DNA of 58,040 nt, the filler included, from Sphacelaria rigidula (taxonomy: Eukaryota): the NCBI GenBank assembly GCA_964200075.2. It is 8 parts of 8 records of this genome, joined end to end, with 100 filler letters (N's around TTAATTAATTAA, not from the genome) between each part and the next. Parts side by side here need not be neighbours in the genome. Positions count along the whole stretch, not along the records: positions 7,269 to 14,436 come from CAXNAA020016160.1; positions 14,537 to 21,704 come from CAXNAA020016161.1; positions 21,805 to 28,972 come from CAXNAA020016162.1; 5 more parts are not named here. One strand, written 5' to 3'. The notes under the pieces were generated by a model. It did not search any database and was not told the DNA's origin. It saw nothing but the letters and a program-made list of their open reading frames with translations. A program made the translations under genes and the position numbers. This document shows, in pieces, positions 11,568 to 22,969 of the stretch. The stretch's first letter is position 1. Each line of letters opens with the position of its first letter.

Positions 11568-12034
11568 CAGTAGCGGTCCCTATATAGTTCATGTTGAATA
11601 GTGCCGGGGTCCCGGTATAGGGTCGGTAACTTCTGCTGGGCCGGACGGAGCCCGGTATAGTGCCAGTACAGGCACTATATCGGGAGATCTTATATAGTGC
11701 CGATTTGGGGTACGTAGATGAGTGAACAGTGCCGGTTTCCACAGAAAAAGACTCTCAAACAAACACTAAAAACGTACAGCTAAAGACGTGGGCACACAGG
11801 TAGACGCCTCTACCCGTACCAGCAATACCCCTTCAGCAGTACCAGTCCACCAGTAGAGCGCGCGATGCCCTGTGCAGCGGGAAAGACTGCAAGTTACCAG
11901 GCCTCACCCCAGGGCCCTCGACGGGTCATGGATGCCGTGGAGTGTGCGGTGGTCGGTTGCATGGCATTTGTGGTTCACTGGAAGGGTATGCATCGCAGCC
12001 AGCCCAGCAGACAGACTTGAGACCATTTTTGTGA
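11568..12034 (+). mobile_element. pogo/Tigger-like deletion derivative (left TIR plus fused N- and C-terminal ORF remnants)
   Basis: TA-CAGTAGCGGTCCC left end. 11865-12034 reads MPCAAG(frameshift)KDCKLPGLTPGPSTGHGCRGVCGGRLHGICGS|LEGYASQPAQQTDLRPFL*, homologous to both peptides inside 34681-36080. Right TIR not found. Confidence 0.7.
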
Positions 12035-14365
12035 GAGGGTCTGATTTGCAGGGGGATGCTAAGGATTCCGTAGAGCACAGATTTTCGCGGTTCGGTTCCG
12101 CAGCAGTAGCGGTGCGTGCTCTCGGACGCTCTTGCTTCAGAAGCAGCAACAGGTTATTTCAAGAGCAGGTAGTCGAGTTTGTTGTTTTTCTGTAGAATCC
12201 ATTCGCAACCAAACCTGCGCGTGAATGGAATGCGCGGGCTTTGTTTTCGTGGAGTGACAGCAACAGCACATGCGAGAGAGCGGTTTGCGCGTGAAAATCT
12301 GTATTTTCTGTTGAGGGTGTGGTTCGTGGAGCCAACCGATGTAGGCTGGGTACGTTCTGCAGTGACGTGAGAATGTCAACAAGAGGATTTCGTTGTTGTG
12401 TTGAGTTTTCTCGAAAATATTTTTCTTCACTCGATGCGTGCTCGATATCTTTTTAATCCGCACCGCCGAATGATTGTGCGAGTCAAGTGCAGACGCTGGG
12501 TAGAAGGGTGGTCCGAACGACAACCAGGGTCTTCGGAATACGTAACCCTATATATGTTATGCAGTACAACGTGAGCCCTGTGTGATCGCGTTTCGGACTT
12601 CCCAGTGGGATATGGCCGTCGCGCTTGAACCAAATGAGCATCTGTCGCACCAGCTGTCGGGGAACATCCATCGTCAGTTTGTTCACTACGATAGTAGGAT
12701 TAAGCAGGGGTTGTTGCGGGAGGTAGCCATGGACATCGTCTACAATTCAAGGCCAGCATCATGATTGTTTCATGCTTCCTTGAATCTGCTGACTCCGCCG
12801 TGTGTTGCTATTGCACGGGTGGTAAAAAAGGTGACACAAAATCGGGCGTTAAGCTGGGGATCACGTGAGCACTGGCATGCGACAAATAAGGCTCTCCATC
12901 TACTCTGCGGAATATTGCACAAACACACTCAGGTGTTGATCGGAGCTCCCTTCGCAGCAACCGCAAGACTGTGTTGGTGCGATACCGCACGCTGCATGTT
13001 CTAAATCAACATGTCACAGCTTGCGACGGCAGCACACGTACCGCACGGGCTGGGTCACATTAAATGTAAAAAATCTACTCCCCAGCGATATTTCACGCAG
13101 TGCGTTTCGAGTCAGACGGTGAACATTTGCACTCTCGCGTCATGGAATATTTGAGCAACGCTTCATGGGTCGTTTTGTTTACCGCAAATCTGGGGCCCCG
13201 AGGGTCTTAGGGCTCGTGCCGCATCCTGGGAGCCCGGTGTTTTTGCCAGAAAAAAAAAACATGAAAATTTTTCCAATATATCATAGAATACGAGGGCAAA
13301 AATGCACGGTCCACCTCGGAAAACTCGCGAGAAAAAGTGAGCGCGCGTGCGTGCAAGTAAGTATCAAGATGTACGCAGAACCCCATTTTTACTCGGTTAC
13401 ATAAGTGTATGCGACCGATCAATTTTCTTGTGCATTCAAGCTTGTCTCGATCATTTCGGATCAGTGCTTCAAGTTAAACAACAACTCCTTGTCCAAGCGT
13501 CCCCTGGACTGCTTGAGGATGACAATAATAGGACCCTTTATTTTCGGGATTTTACACCTTCTTCTAGGTGTTTCCACGTCGGTACCCCGGACGTCGGTAG
13601 AGAGCGGTGAAACAGAAAAATACTCATCAAGGATTTTGTCTTCCATATCAACCCATTCTTATGGGATGAGCCGAGCTCTCGGGGGGCCTATGGTTTTGAA
13701 CTGAACCAGTTCTAGTTTGAAAATATGAACATATGCATCGGGGAATCGGGGTAAAACATGATGAAATAATTCTCGTCCGGGGTACAGAGATTGTGTTGTA
13801 GTGCTTGAAGGTCAAGCGAGCATTACTCTGGCTACGGCATATGAGCACGCTGACGTACTCTATGCCGAAGTAAAAAAAGTAAAAGAAAAACTTGTATACC
13901 GGATCGGAAGGTCAGAGCAGTAGAGGTATGTTGAAGGGTAGATTCAAGAAACAGGGTGTCCTTGTGTCGTGTATCGGACTACGTGCAAAACAACCAACTG
14001 TTGGATGTGCTCGGGGGTTTGAAGAGTGGGTTGTTTTAGAGTAAACATCACAGGTTAGGTGGTCAAGTACGATAGAAAGGATGAAGAGACACAAGGGTGA
14101 GTGCAGAAGGTATTTTTCGCGCGCAACCCCGCGTTTCACTCCTCATTGCTGTCCCTAGTTTCTGACCAAAGGTTTGGTTTTGATTGCGATTTATTGTCTT
14201 ATTTTAGTGCAGCGAGCTCAAGAGCGGTACCAGTATTTGACAAAAAAAACGAATAAAAAATATGATTTCCTTGTTTTGGGCATGTCTGAACACGACTCTC
14301 GATTTCCATCAAAACGGTCGAATCTATAGTGGAGAATGAAGCGACGACTTCTCTCCCGACACATA

Positions 14366-14436
14366 CTTCCTCTGTCCCATAAGTAAAGTCCGTTATGTTT
14401 CTACGAGCCCTTGACGGTGTCCGATTTGATTTTCGA
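14366..14436. mobile_element. Left end of a Stowaway/mariner-like element, truncated by the contig end
   Basis: TA-CTTCCTCTGTCCCATAAGT. Confidence 0.7.
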
Positions 14437-14536
14437 NNNNNNNNNNNNNNNNNNNNNNNNNNNNNNNNNNNNNNNNNNNNTTAATTAATTAANNNNNNNN
14501 NNNNNNNNNNNNNNNNNNNNNNNNNNNNNNNNNNNN
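14437..14536. other. Artificial contig linker
   Basis: N44-TTAATTAATTAA-N44. Confidence 0.98.
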
Positions 14537-14545
14537 AGACAGATA

Positions 14546-14598
14546 TGCCACTTCAGCCCCATATTTTGTATGAACCCCAAAATATAAAATCGGCTGTT
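14546..14598 (+). repeat. Dispersed repeat / probable transposon end (also 16446-16500 on +, 36187-36239 on -)
   Basis: TGCCACTTCAGCCCCATATTTTGTATGAACCCCAAAATATAAAATCGGCTGTT is near-identical to the reverse complement at the end of contig 5. Confidence 0.75.
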
Positions 14599-15798
14599 CT
14601 ATGGTGGTGACCTTACTGTTGCTAGCGTGGCGCATAGGAGTCCGCCCATATGCCGCAACGTGCAGCACAAGCTGGCCGCGTCAACACCTAAATAATAGGT
14701 ACAACAGTACGAGTAGCTTCCCATAAGTAATAATTATTCCGATGTCAGGAGGTCATGCATTATTACAAGTTGGGAGGAGAGACGAGAGTGCTCTACGATC
14801 AACCGCATGTCGTTGCATTCGAGACTCACGCCATCAACCGCCGACAGCAAGGGTCTTGTGGCTTTCACGCAACGCTGTCGACAGTACGGCAGGCAAACCG
14901 GATCATTGCTACATTTCCTTGCTTTACCGCGGGTCCTCCCGGCTGCTCAGAGGTGGTCACGGTAACAACATGCACCGAAGTCGCAACATCTGCGAGAGCT
15001 ATAGAGTTTGATATTCATGAAGCTCATCCCCAAAATTAAAACGGTTATCAAAACCTGAGGGAAGGTGGCCGCTTCGGGTCCAGTTATACATTCGAAGAAA
15101 CCATCGAACAGCAATACGAAACTTTTTCGGGATCAGCATCAGGCAGGGCTTGAAGACCGGAACAGAAGAACTCGACAAGTTACCGTTCGTATTATAAACC
15201 ATTGCGCGTAACACATTTTGTAGCTTGGAAAACGAAGATTTGATGGAAAGAAACTTCTCCGGGCCCCCATGTGTGTTGTGTCTGCCTGTAAAAGTCTTCC
15301 CTCGTTCATCGATACCTGGCTGGGGGACAGGGAAGCCGTCCTCCCTCAGGTTTTGATATCCGTTCTAATTTTTTGGATGAATTTCATGAATATCAAACTC
15401 TATATAGCTTTCACAGATGTTGCGACTTCGGTGCATGTTGTTACCGTGACCACCTCTGAGCAGCCGGGAGGACTCGCGGTAAAGCAAGGAAATGTAGCAA
15501 TGATCCGGTTTGCCTGCCGTACTGCCGACAGCGTCGCGTGAACGCCACAAGACCCTTGCTGTCAGCGGTTGATGGCGTGAGTCTCGAATGCAACGACATG
15601 CCGTTGATCGTAGAGCACTCTCGTCTCTCCTCCCAACTTGTAATAATACATGACCTCCTGACATCGGAATAATTATTACTTATGGGAAGCTACTTGTACT
15701 ACTGTACCGAGCTGTTCACGCGGCCAGCGTGTGCCGCAGGTTGCGGCATGGGCGGACTCCTATGCGCCACGCTAGCAACAGTAAGGTCACCACCATAG
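14599..15798. repeat. Long inverted repeat (fold-back): ~460-bp arms, ~280-bp spacer
   Basis: 14599-~15063 is the reverse complement of ~15341-15798 with scattered substitutions; the ORF track shows the same 89-99 aa peptide on both strands. Confidence 0.95.
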
Positions 15799-17034
15799 GT
15801 ACGCTTTTTCACTCCGCATGTCAAACAGTTTTCCACAAGTGTTTGATCTCTCATACACCCCTCTCAACTGGCGTGTGGCACGCCCTTCTGCTCGGCCACC
15901 CCGTTGGGGGAGGTCGGCGAAAGTCAACGATGAATAACATCCCCGAAGCTCACATAGGATCTATCTGTTATTGTCGCAGCACCGCCCTTGCTGGCATATG
16001 TGTGCAGAGAACAGTAGTAGCAGTGACGGGAACACTGCCCTATTTTTTCATCGATATGTTTTTCAGCGCACAGAGGCACGTCCTGTCCAACAGGAGAGGC
16101 AGAGAAAAATCGATCTTCGCGGTGGCGACAGGCAAGAAGAAACGACGAAATCTCTCCGCACGTCGATGTCCTGGCACATGAAAAAATTGGCACATGTCGG
16201 TAATATCGCTGATGCCAGTCTCTCGAGCGATATTGGTAATCGCCGAGCGGGGACACACAAGGGACACGGGCGAGGAGCTTCCTCTCTGTCGTTATTTTTT
16301 TCTATGGTGATATCGTCATCGACACGCGTGTACACCGCATTCGATAGGTGCACCTAGCCACAGCTGCTCAACTGCTGCGGAAATTTGGGGGGAAGGATGG
16401 CTTCGCTCGGTCGCAAGTGCTTCGCGTCTTCCCTGCAAAAGAGAATGCCACTTCAACCGCATGTTTTGTGTGAACCTCATTTTTTTAGGATCCACTGTTA
16501 GATGACTCCCGTCGGGAGTACTGTGGTTTTAGCGACAAAATTTGCCCTCGGATGGGAGCCCACAAGTTTTGCGTGACCACCCCACGATGTTTGACATCAC
16601 TTCAGTCCGGCCCGGTTGAGCTCTTTTCTGGTAGTATTAGATGGTCCCTGCCCCTTGTCAGGGAGAGAGGAACGGCCCCGTAACCGCGCAGGGTTTTCTA
16701 AGGCACCATGTCCCCCCTTATCAGTGCAACGTATAATCTTTTGCTGTACTATGGAAATAATACTCGAGCTCGAACGTTTTGCCTTGTAGAAGAGACGGGG
16801 ACACAGCCCGCGTGCCCGTTCCATATGCCGCTGGCCTGGCTGCTTCTCAGCACTTCTCCCCGATCTGATCAGATATCAGATCGTAGCCCCCCAACACCGG
16901 TTGTATCGTAGGCCTATACTTGAGTTGCTACGATACACCGTGAGCATCCCTCGGCGATGCGGCGAGCGATGAGCTCACCTTGGCGGATTTCAGAACCCCT
17001 CAATCCGATCTGGTCAGATATCAGATCATAGCCC

Positions 17035-17065
<31 letters not shown>

Positions 17066-18853
17066 ACCACCCCAGCACACCCTNNNNNNNNNNGCGGACG
17101 GCGTAGCATCAGACCTCTCCGTTTTTAACCCCCCCCCACCCCTCTTGGTTCTTAATCACACTACTCTCCCCCCCCCCCCCCCCCCTCCATTGTAGCCCTT
17201 CACAGGTTTTTGCACCGTGTTTCTTGTGCCAAGTTCGCCTTCTTGGCGGCTGCGTTTCTAGTACTCGTAGTCACATTTCTTGTCGCGTTGCATCTCTGTC
17301 CGTGTCTCCTGAGCATCTAGTGTTTGTTTTTTTGTCGTCGAGGTTTCTTTACGTGATATGAGGACCGTAGATCTAGTCCAGCCTCCCACATGTTTGGAAT
17401 TTTGATGACTCGTTCTCTGGATGTATCTGTTGTTGTCACTGCTCAACCCCCTGCAGCCAGCCAAGAGAGCTAGCCGCACGGGAGTTCTCCCCCACATCGT
17501 CTTGTTGCACGGGTCCTTGGTTACACCGTGTTCTGCTAATTATACCGCTCTTGTTGTAGGCCGTATTTATGCCCGACGACTGTTTTAGGTCGAGGTGAGT
17601 TACTGAATTTCGACAAATCATCTGGATGTATTCGTTTGTTTGTTCTACCCCTATCCCGTGGCACAGCCTGGTCAGCTAGCGACACGGGTGTATTCTCTTG
17701 TGTCGTTTCGTTGCTCGTGGTCCGGTGTTCCCCCGGGAATGACCGATTATACCGCCCTAGTTGTAGGCCGTATTTCCGCCGGACGATTTCTTTGAGTTGG
17801 TTATTGCGTTCTGACGAATTGTTTCTTAAATTGACACTGAGTTTTTGCTCATATCACGCGATGATTGATCCACCGCGCTGAAGGAAAAGTTCTCACCAAC
17901 GACCTTTGGCTCCTTACCCTCAGTGTCGTCTTGGATAGGCTCGTGCCCACCCCCGCAGAGGTTTTGAATTTTGCACTTCGGGCACACCAAACCTGAACTT
18001 GGGCTGCATCCCCGCTTTAACTCCCTGTTGCTGCGCAGTTCTCTCCTCCCCCATCGCATTGTACTTCACGCTGCACGCCTTTTTCAAAGCAGGTTTGATA
18101 CTTCAAACGCCCTGCCACGGAAACAAGCGGGGTGCCACTCTCGCTATACGCGACGATTGTGTCGGGACGGAGTCAGACGAATACGTGGAGCTCATTTGGA
18201 TCTTCGTCCGACCAGAGCAGTTGCCGCGATGCTATGCCGCAACTGCGTTTTCCCTCCCCTCTTCCCGGATTTTCTGGCATTCCATCCTTGTTCCGTTGGT
18301 AGATGAAGTCTACGCGTGCGTAACATTTAGTGCTTCACTCTGTAGATGGACTTGCGTGTGTGTTGTCTTGTTCAACATGGGTCGTGAGTGTCACGTAGAT
18401 ACAACGTTTTCGTTCTTGTGGATTGAACGTTTGATGTGTCGGGTCGCAGCGATGCTCGCCTTTGAATGGTGTGAGAGAGTCATGATTTTTCCTTCGCTTC
18501 ATGCTTTTGTACGAGTGTAGTGTAGAAGAGTCCCTTCCCGTTAAATTTTCGACTTCCTCGGCGAAATTATGTTTTCCCGAGGTGATGATTCAACTGCATC
18601 AGGACTCGTCTAGGATGGGGTAGTGTGATGAAGCTTGGTGGCATTAAGATATCACGATGTGCGGATCTGCGCGTAGACCCTGGATTCCGTGACGCGCTGT
18701 TACTGCGTTTGCTACAGTCATTAGTTAGGATTGTTCAGCCGCGGCCGCAGGCAGCGTTCACACGTGGACAGATAGCACCCTGTGGAGGGGGTCTACAGGG
18801 TTTACGTACCCTGCGCAGTGTTTCTGGCGGNNNNNNNNNNGTAGCACAGGACG

Positions 18854-18958
18854 CTCCACAGGGTTTCCCTACAGTGGTCATGAGTAGTGTGCATCACATG
18901 GTTCCTCTCCACAGGGTTTCTCTACAGTGGTCATGAACAGTGTGCATCACAGGGTTCC
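18854..18958 (+). repeat. 53-bp tandem repeat beside a 10-N gap
   Basis: CTCCACAGGGTTTC(C/T)CTACAGTGGTCATGA..AGTGTGCATCACA(T/G)GGTTCC at 18854 and 18907. Confidence 0.8.
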
Positions 18959-21704
18959 GTCGCCCCGTGACGAGTTCATCGCTGCTGACAATGCTGTGCA
19001 GTGTGTTTACGCACAAACACTGCCCTCCACATGCATAGCTGCGGGCGCAAGGTACTGGCGGAAAAATGAACTGATTAGGTTGGACTGAGAATAGAACCCT
19101 CGACTTCATGTCGTATGATTTACCGGGTACACACGGAGCTACGCGTGGTAGTCGTTGACAATTACATCTACTGTTTGTACTTCTGAATTTTGGGGCCCTC
19201 GAAGGTCCGTGTCAATAACACTGAAATCCTCCGAGTTACAGTAATGGAAATCTGGAAATTGGACAGCCGCTGCTGTTCGAAATAAATCCTAATTCCAAAC
19301 TTGGAATATAGGGGGAAAAGGATCCATTACGAAGAGCTTCAGCTGTACAGATAATGCCATATACACTGTATATAGCAGATGGAATTTGTACACCACCAAG
19401 AATACCTGAAATTGGGTGGAGAAAGAACTTGCTCGCGAGCAGCTTCAGCTGTTCAAGTCCCACATACTGCACGCAAGCTTTCGTTGCAGCTGACGTCATG
19501 GGTAATTAATCGCATTTGACCTCGGTCATAGATGCGTATACGTGATGAAAACCCCGTAGTCCCGCGTCGATGAAACTAAAACAATATACAGGGGGTAATA
19601 AAATATTTCATCGCGCGGTTGATACTGCGTACTTGGGATATATATTCACACCAATAAACTGCACTGGGCTGTACAATACCATTGCATGTGGGACAGTACG
19701 CTATACCGCCGTGCTTATACGTGCGGCGCCATGTACTGCAGATGGCTGGCTATAAATACAATGTAGATGCCTGCGGCTTATTTTGATATATGGGGCGGGT
19801 GTTATATACCGTCACGAACTCCAGTTTTTCACGCGCGCGTTCCACATCATATTTGCACGCACAGCTGCTGCAGCACAGTAAGTAGTAGAGCGTGAAAGGG
19901 AAGGGGAAAAGTACAGTACAGACAGCGCAGGGCAATGTATGTGTACGTTCTCTACCTATAGTGCGACGTAAAAGGACTTGAACAACGTGCAGCATATCGT
20001 ACGCGGCCTGTATGTTGCACTATGTTATATCGCGGTGCGTCCGCAGCATGCATATGATGGTGAGTGTGTATATGCATAACATATAGGCGGCCGGTTGATT
20101 ATTGTTCCTCGCACCCGCGCCTATATATACGCACCCCGCGTATGTCGTCGCCGCGCGATGTCGCGATCTTGAAAGAAGGTGCTCAAGTTTCCATCAACGA
20201 GAAATACATCATATCCACCCGCGCGGAAGTGTGTATGTGTCTATATCTCTGTGCCCAACCCGTGCTCTTTGCTGCGGGATTGTGGTGGCATAGCCGGGCG
20301 TAACTGTTACGGATCGCGGCGTGATGCGGTGGAAGGGGGACAATACAATGATGGGCCGTTGATTCGGAACGAAGATACGCGCCCGGAGGGCTGATCGCAG
20401 GAACTGGCTAGTACCTGCGGTCAGGGGTGAGGATGTTAAGTAATCCGTCAAGATACGGAGTACATAAAAACATGCCTCTTACATCCGGTTGAATCCGATT
20501 CTCTCCAAGAATCGGTGCAACGCTAAGATGACCCTGGTGTTCAGAACAATCTCTCGAGAGACTCTGGCAATCAACACCACCAAGGAACAAAAGAAATCGA
20601 ATTACCTGAAGCTGTGAGCAGGGATATCCTGACGATCGACGTGTACTGTACTGCGTTGGACTGTCTCCCCACGCGCTGTCAACTTGCGATTGTTACAAGA
20701 TTAACGGTGAGACGGTTTGGAGTTTGAATGCCGTAGTGAATAAATGAATATAAACGAACTTGTGCACAAATGAATGGCAGTCAAATAATAAGTAGAATGA
20801 AAGATCCCACATGAAACAGAGAAATTTCGTAACCGTTGACCGAAGTTTTGTTGTTGACCTAGTTAGATGATCAGCCTGCACGGTAGAGTTGAGCAAATGC
20901 TGACAACAACTGGAGACTGCTGTTTACTTGTATCATGGCGCTTCCCACCGGGGCTATTGTGTTCGATCATATCATCTGCGGTGCAACGCAAGCCAGGAGA
21001 GGTAACATATTCACCGAGATATTCAATTTTCTTATTTATAAAAGAGAGCGAAACATGTACGGTTTCACGACCTCGCCATAAGTTAGCAAGGGCATCAGGT
21101 GACGAAACGAATAATCGGCCAACATGACGTACGCTGGGTGATGCGCGCTGAGAGCGACGCGCTCGTGCTCACGCTTACGACGGCACAAAGGTCATCAAGC
21201 GACGGAGACCGCTGTAGTGGTTTACCCCGCGCTTGGGGGTAAAGTGAAGAAACGCAATCAGTTGAATCAAAAATATTCGATGTACGCTTGACCATGACGG
21301 TACCCCGCAAAAATAATTGCAAGATACAATGCTGCTCAGGCGGGAATTTACGTTTGCCATGCGAACTGCTGTAATAAGTGGAGCTGGTAAATGTGCCGCC
21401 CTTGACGCACGCCAGTGGGCACATACCTACATAAATAGCAGTATGATTTCGGGATATGGTATGTCTACTGAAACTCAATCTTAGAACGGAAACATGAAGT
21501 GATACATGAGCTGAGACTACGAGATGAACCTCAAGACTAAAGCCCATTCGGGTGTGCTCGCGCCGCTTGAAGATGCGTGTCCACAACGTTAGCGTAGCGA
21601 TATTGCTCTCAGCCTGATTGGGAAGGGAGGTGCAGTTATTACTGCCATGCTTTATGCACGTATCTTGAGGCAGATGAAACGGATGCGCGCTCGAAACAAC
21701 GATT

Positions 21705-21804
21705 NNNNNNNNNNNNNNNNNNNNNNNNNNNNNNNNNNNNNNNNNNNNTTAATTAATTAANNNNNNNNNNNNNNNNNNNNNNNNNNNNNNNNNNNNNNNN
21801 NNNN
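21705..21804. other. Artificial contig linker
   Basis: N44-TTAATTAATTAA-N44. Confidence 0.98.
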
Positions 21805-22720
21805 AGCTGCCTGGAAAGCCCTTGCGGGCAAATATGACGACTATACGAAAGAGACGCGACGAGGATGCTACGACGAGCTGTGCAATACAAAGATGCAGGA
21901 TGGACAGGATCCGGAGGACTTCTTCTACAAATTGGACGACCTTCGGGCCCGGCTGCATGACATGGGAGAGGTGATCTCTGACAAGCGTTACGAGGACATC
22001 ATTCTGCACTCCATCACGAACGACTACGACTTCGTACGACAGAGCAGCTTCCGACTAATGCCGAGATAGCCCCCCCACAAAAAGTGCAAGGGAGAACGTC
22101 CGACAAACCGGCTGCGATCCCACTATTGGGCTCGTTTGAAGCAATTTCGCCCACATGAAAGGCTTGTAGCAGTCCGAAATTAGCTAAAACGCCCTAATGA
22201 GTCGCGTCGTGAAGCACGAAACAAGCTCTAACGGCATTTATGATCATCGCCTCCGTGCACTTTTTTGGCCGGTTCGGGGGGGGCTATCTCGGCAGCAGTC
22301 TTCCGTGACCGCAACTACGGGTTGGATCAGATCAAGTCCACCATGCGGAACACGTTCATCGACAACCTTTCTCGCGTGTCCACAAATTTGTTGTGGGCCG
22401 CAGCGTGGCCCTGCAGGCGGCGCACGGCGACCTCAGCAGCACCCAATGTTTTGACTGCGATACATACGGGCGCCGTCTCAACACATGCCCTGAATTTCTA
22501 CGACAGAGATCACAGGAGCATCAACAACAGCAGGGGCAAAATAAGAAGCACTCGAAGAAAGAAGGAGACATAAATTCCAAGTGGTGTTCTTTACACACGA
22601 CAAAAAGTCAGAGCAATGAGCAGTGCTTCAAGCAGAAGGCTACAAAGAATGAACAAGCTAGCAGAATTAACTCCGCCACCATCGGCAACGCGCGAATTGG
22701 ACAGCGGAACCCGAACAGCC
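21805..22720 (+). pseudogene. gag: copia gag, interrupted by a MITE and frameshifted
   Basis: AWKALAGKYDDYTKETRRGCYDELCNTKMQDGQDPEDFFYKLDDLRARLHDMGEVISDKRYEDIILHSITNDYDFVRQSSFR|DRNYGLDQIKSTMRN; degenerate Zn knuckle CFDCDTYGRRLNTC; WCSLH..C motif. Confidence 0.85.
22054..22299 (+). mobile_element. 246-bp MITE, ACT..AGT ends, perfect 6-bp TSD
   Basis: CTTCCG (22048-22053) ACTAATGCCGAGATAGCCCCCCC ... GGGGGGGCTATCTCGGCAGCAGT CTTCCG (22300-22305). Removing it restores the gag frame (SSFRDRNYGL). Confidence 0.95.
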
Positions 22721-22969
22721 AACGTTTGGTTTTCCCTTCACATCTGTCGGGACTACGCTCGCGAACGTGCTGAAGGAGTCCAAGAAGCTGCAAGAGCCCG
22801 ACAAGTCAGTCTTCGTTCTTGGATTAACGTCGGAGAAATGTTTTGATCAACGGACTGCAGATACCCAGGGATTATTTTGGGCGTTTGACTGAGTTCTGGT
22901 TGAGGAGTCATACGTGGCTACGCCAACGGCTTTGGGCTCGATGGGGCACAATGGGGACGGCATCAGCAG

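Noticed and set aside
10400..13860. Possible ancient Gypsy integrase/gag remnants (KQS*CWP*IVDDVHGY on the minus strand near 12720-12780; KQSWYC near 10860)
   Set aside because: Too decayed to support by eye; needs a profile-HMM search.
15924..16430. ITNIARETGIS, an HTH-like peptide on the minus strand
   Set aside because: Single short motif among stops; no other transposase signature.
17034..17190. Poly-Pro ORF
   Set aside because: Translation of poly-C tracts around a 10-N gap.
21749..22009. ORFs running into X..LIN (also at 29017, 36284, 43265, 50526, 50822)
   Set aside because: Artefacts of the N/TTAATTAATTAA linker.
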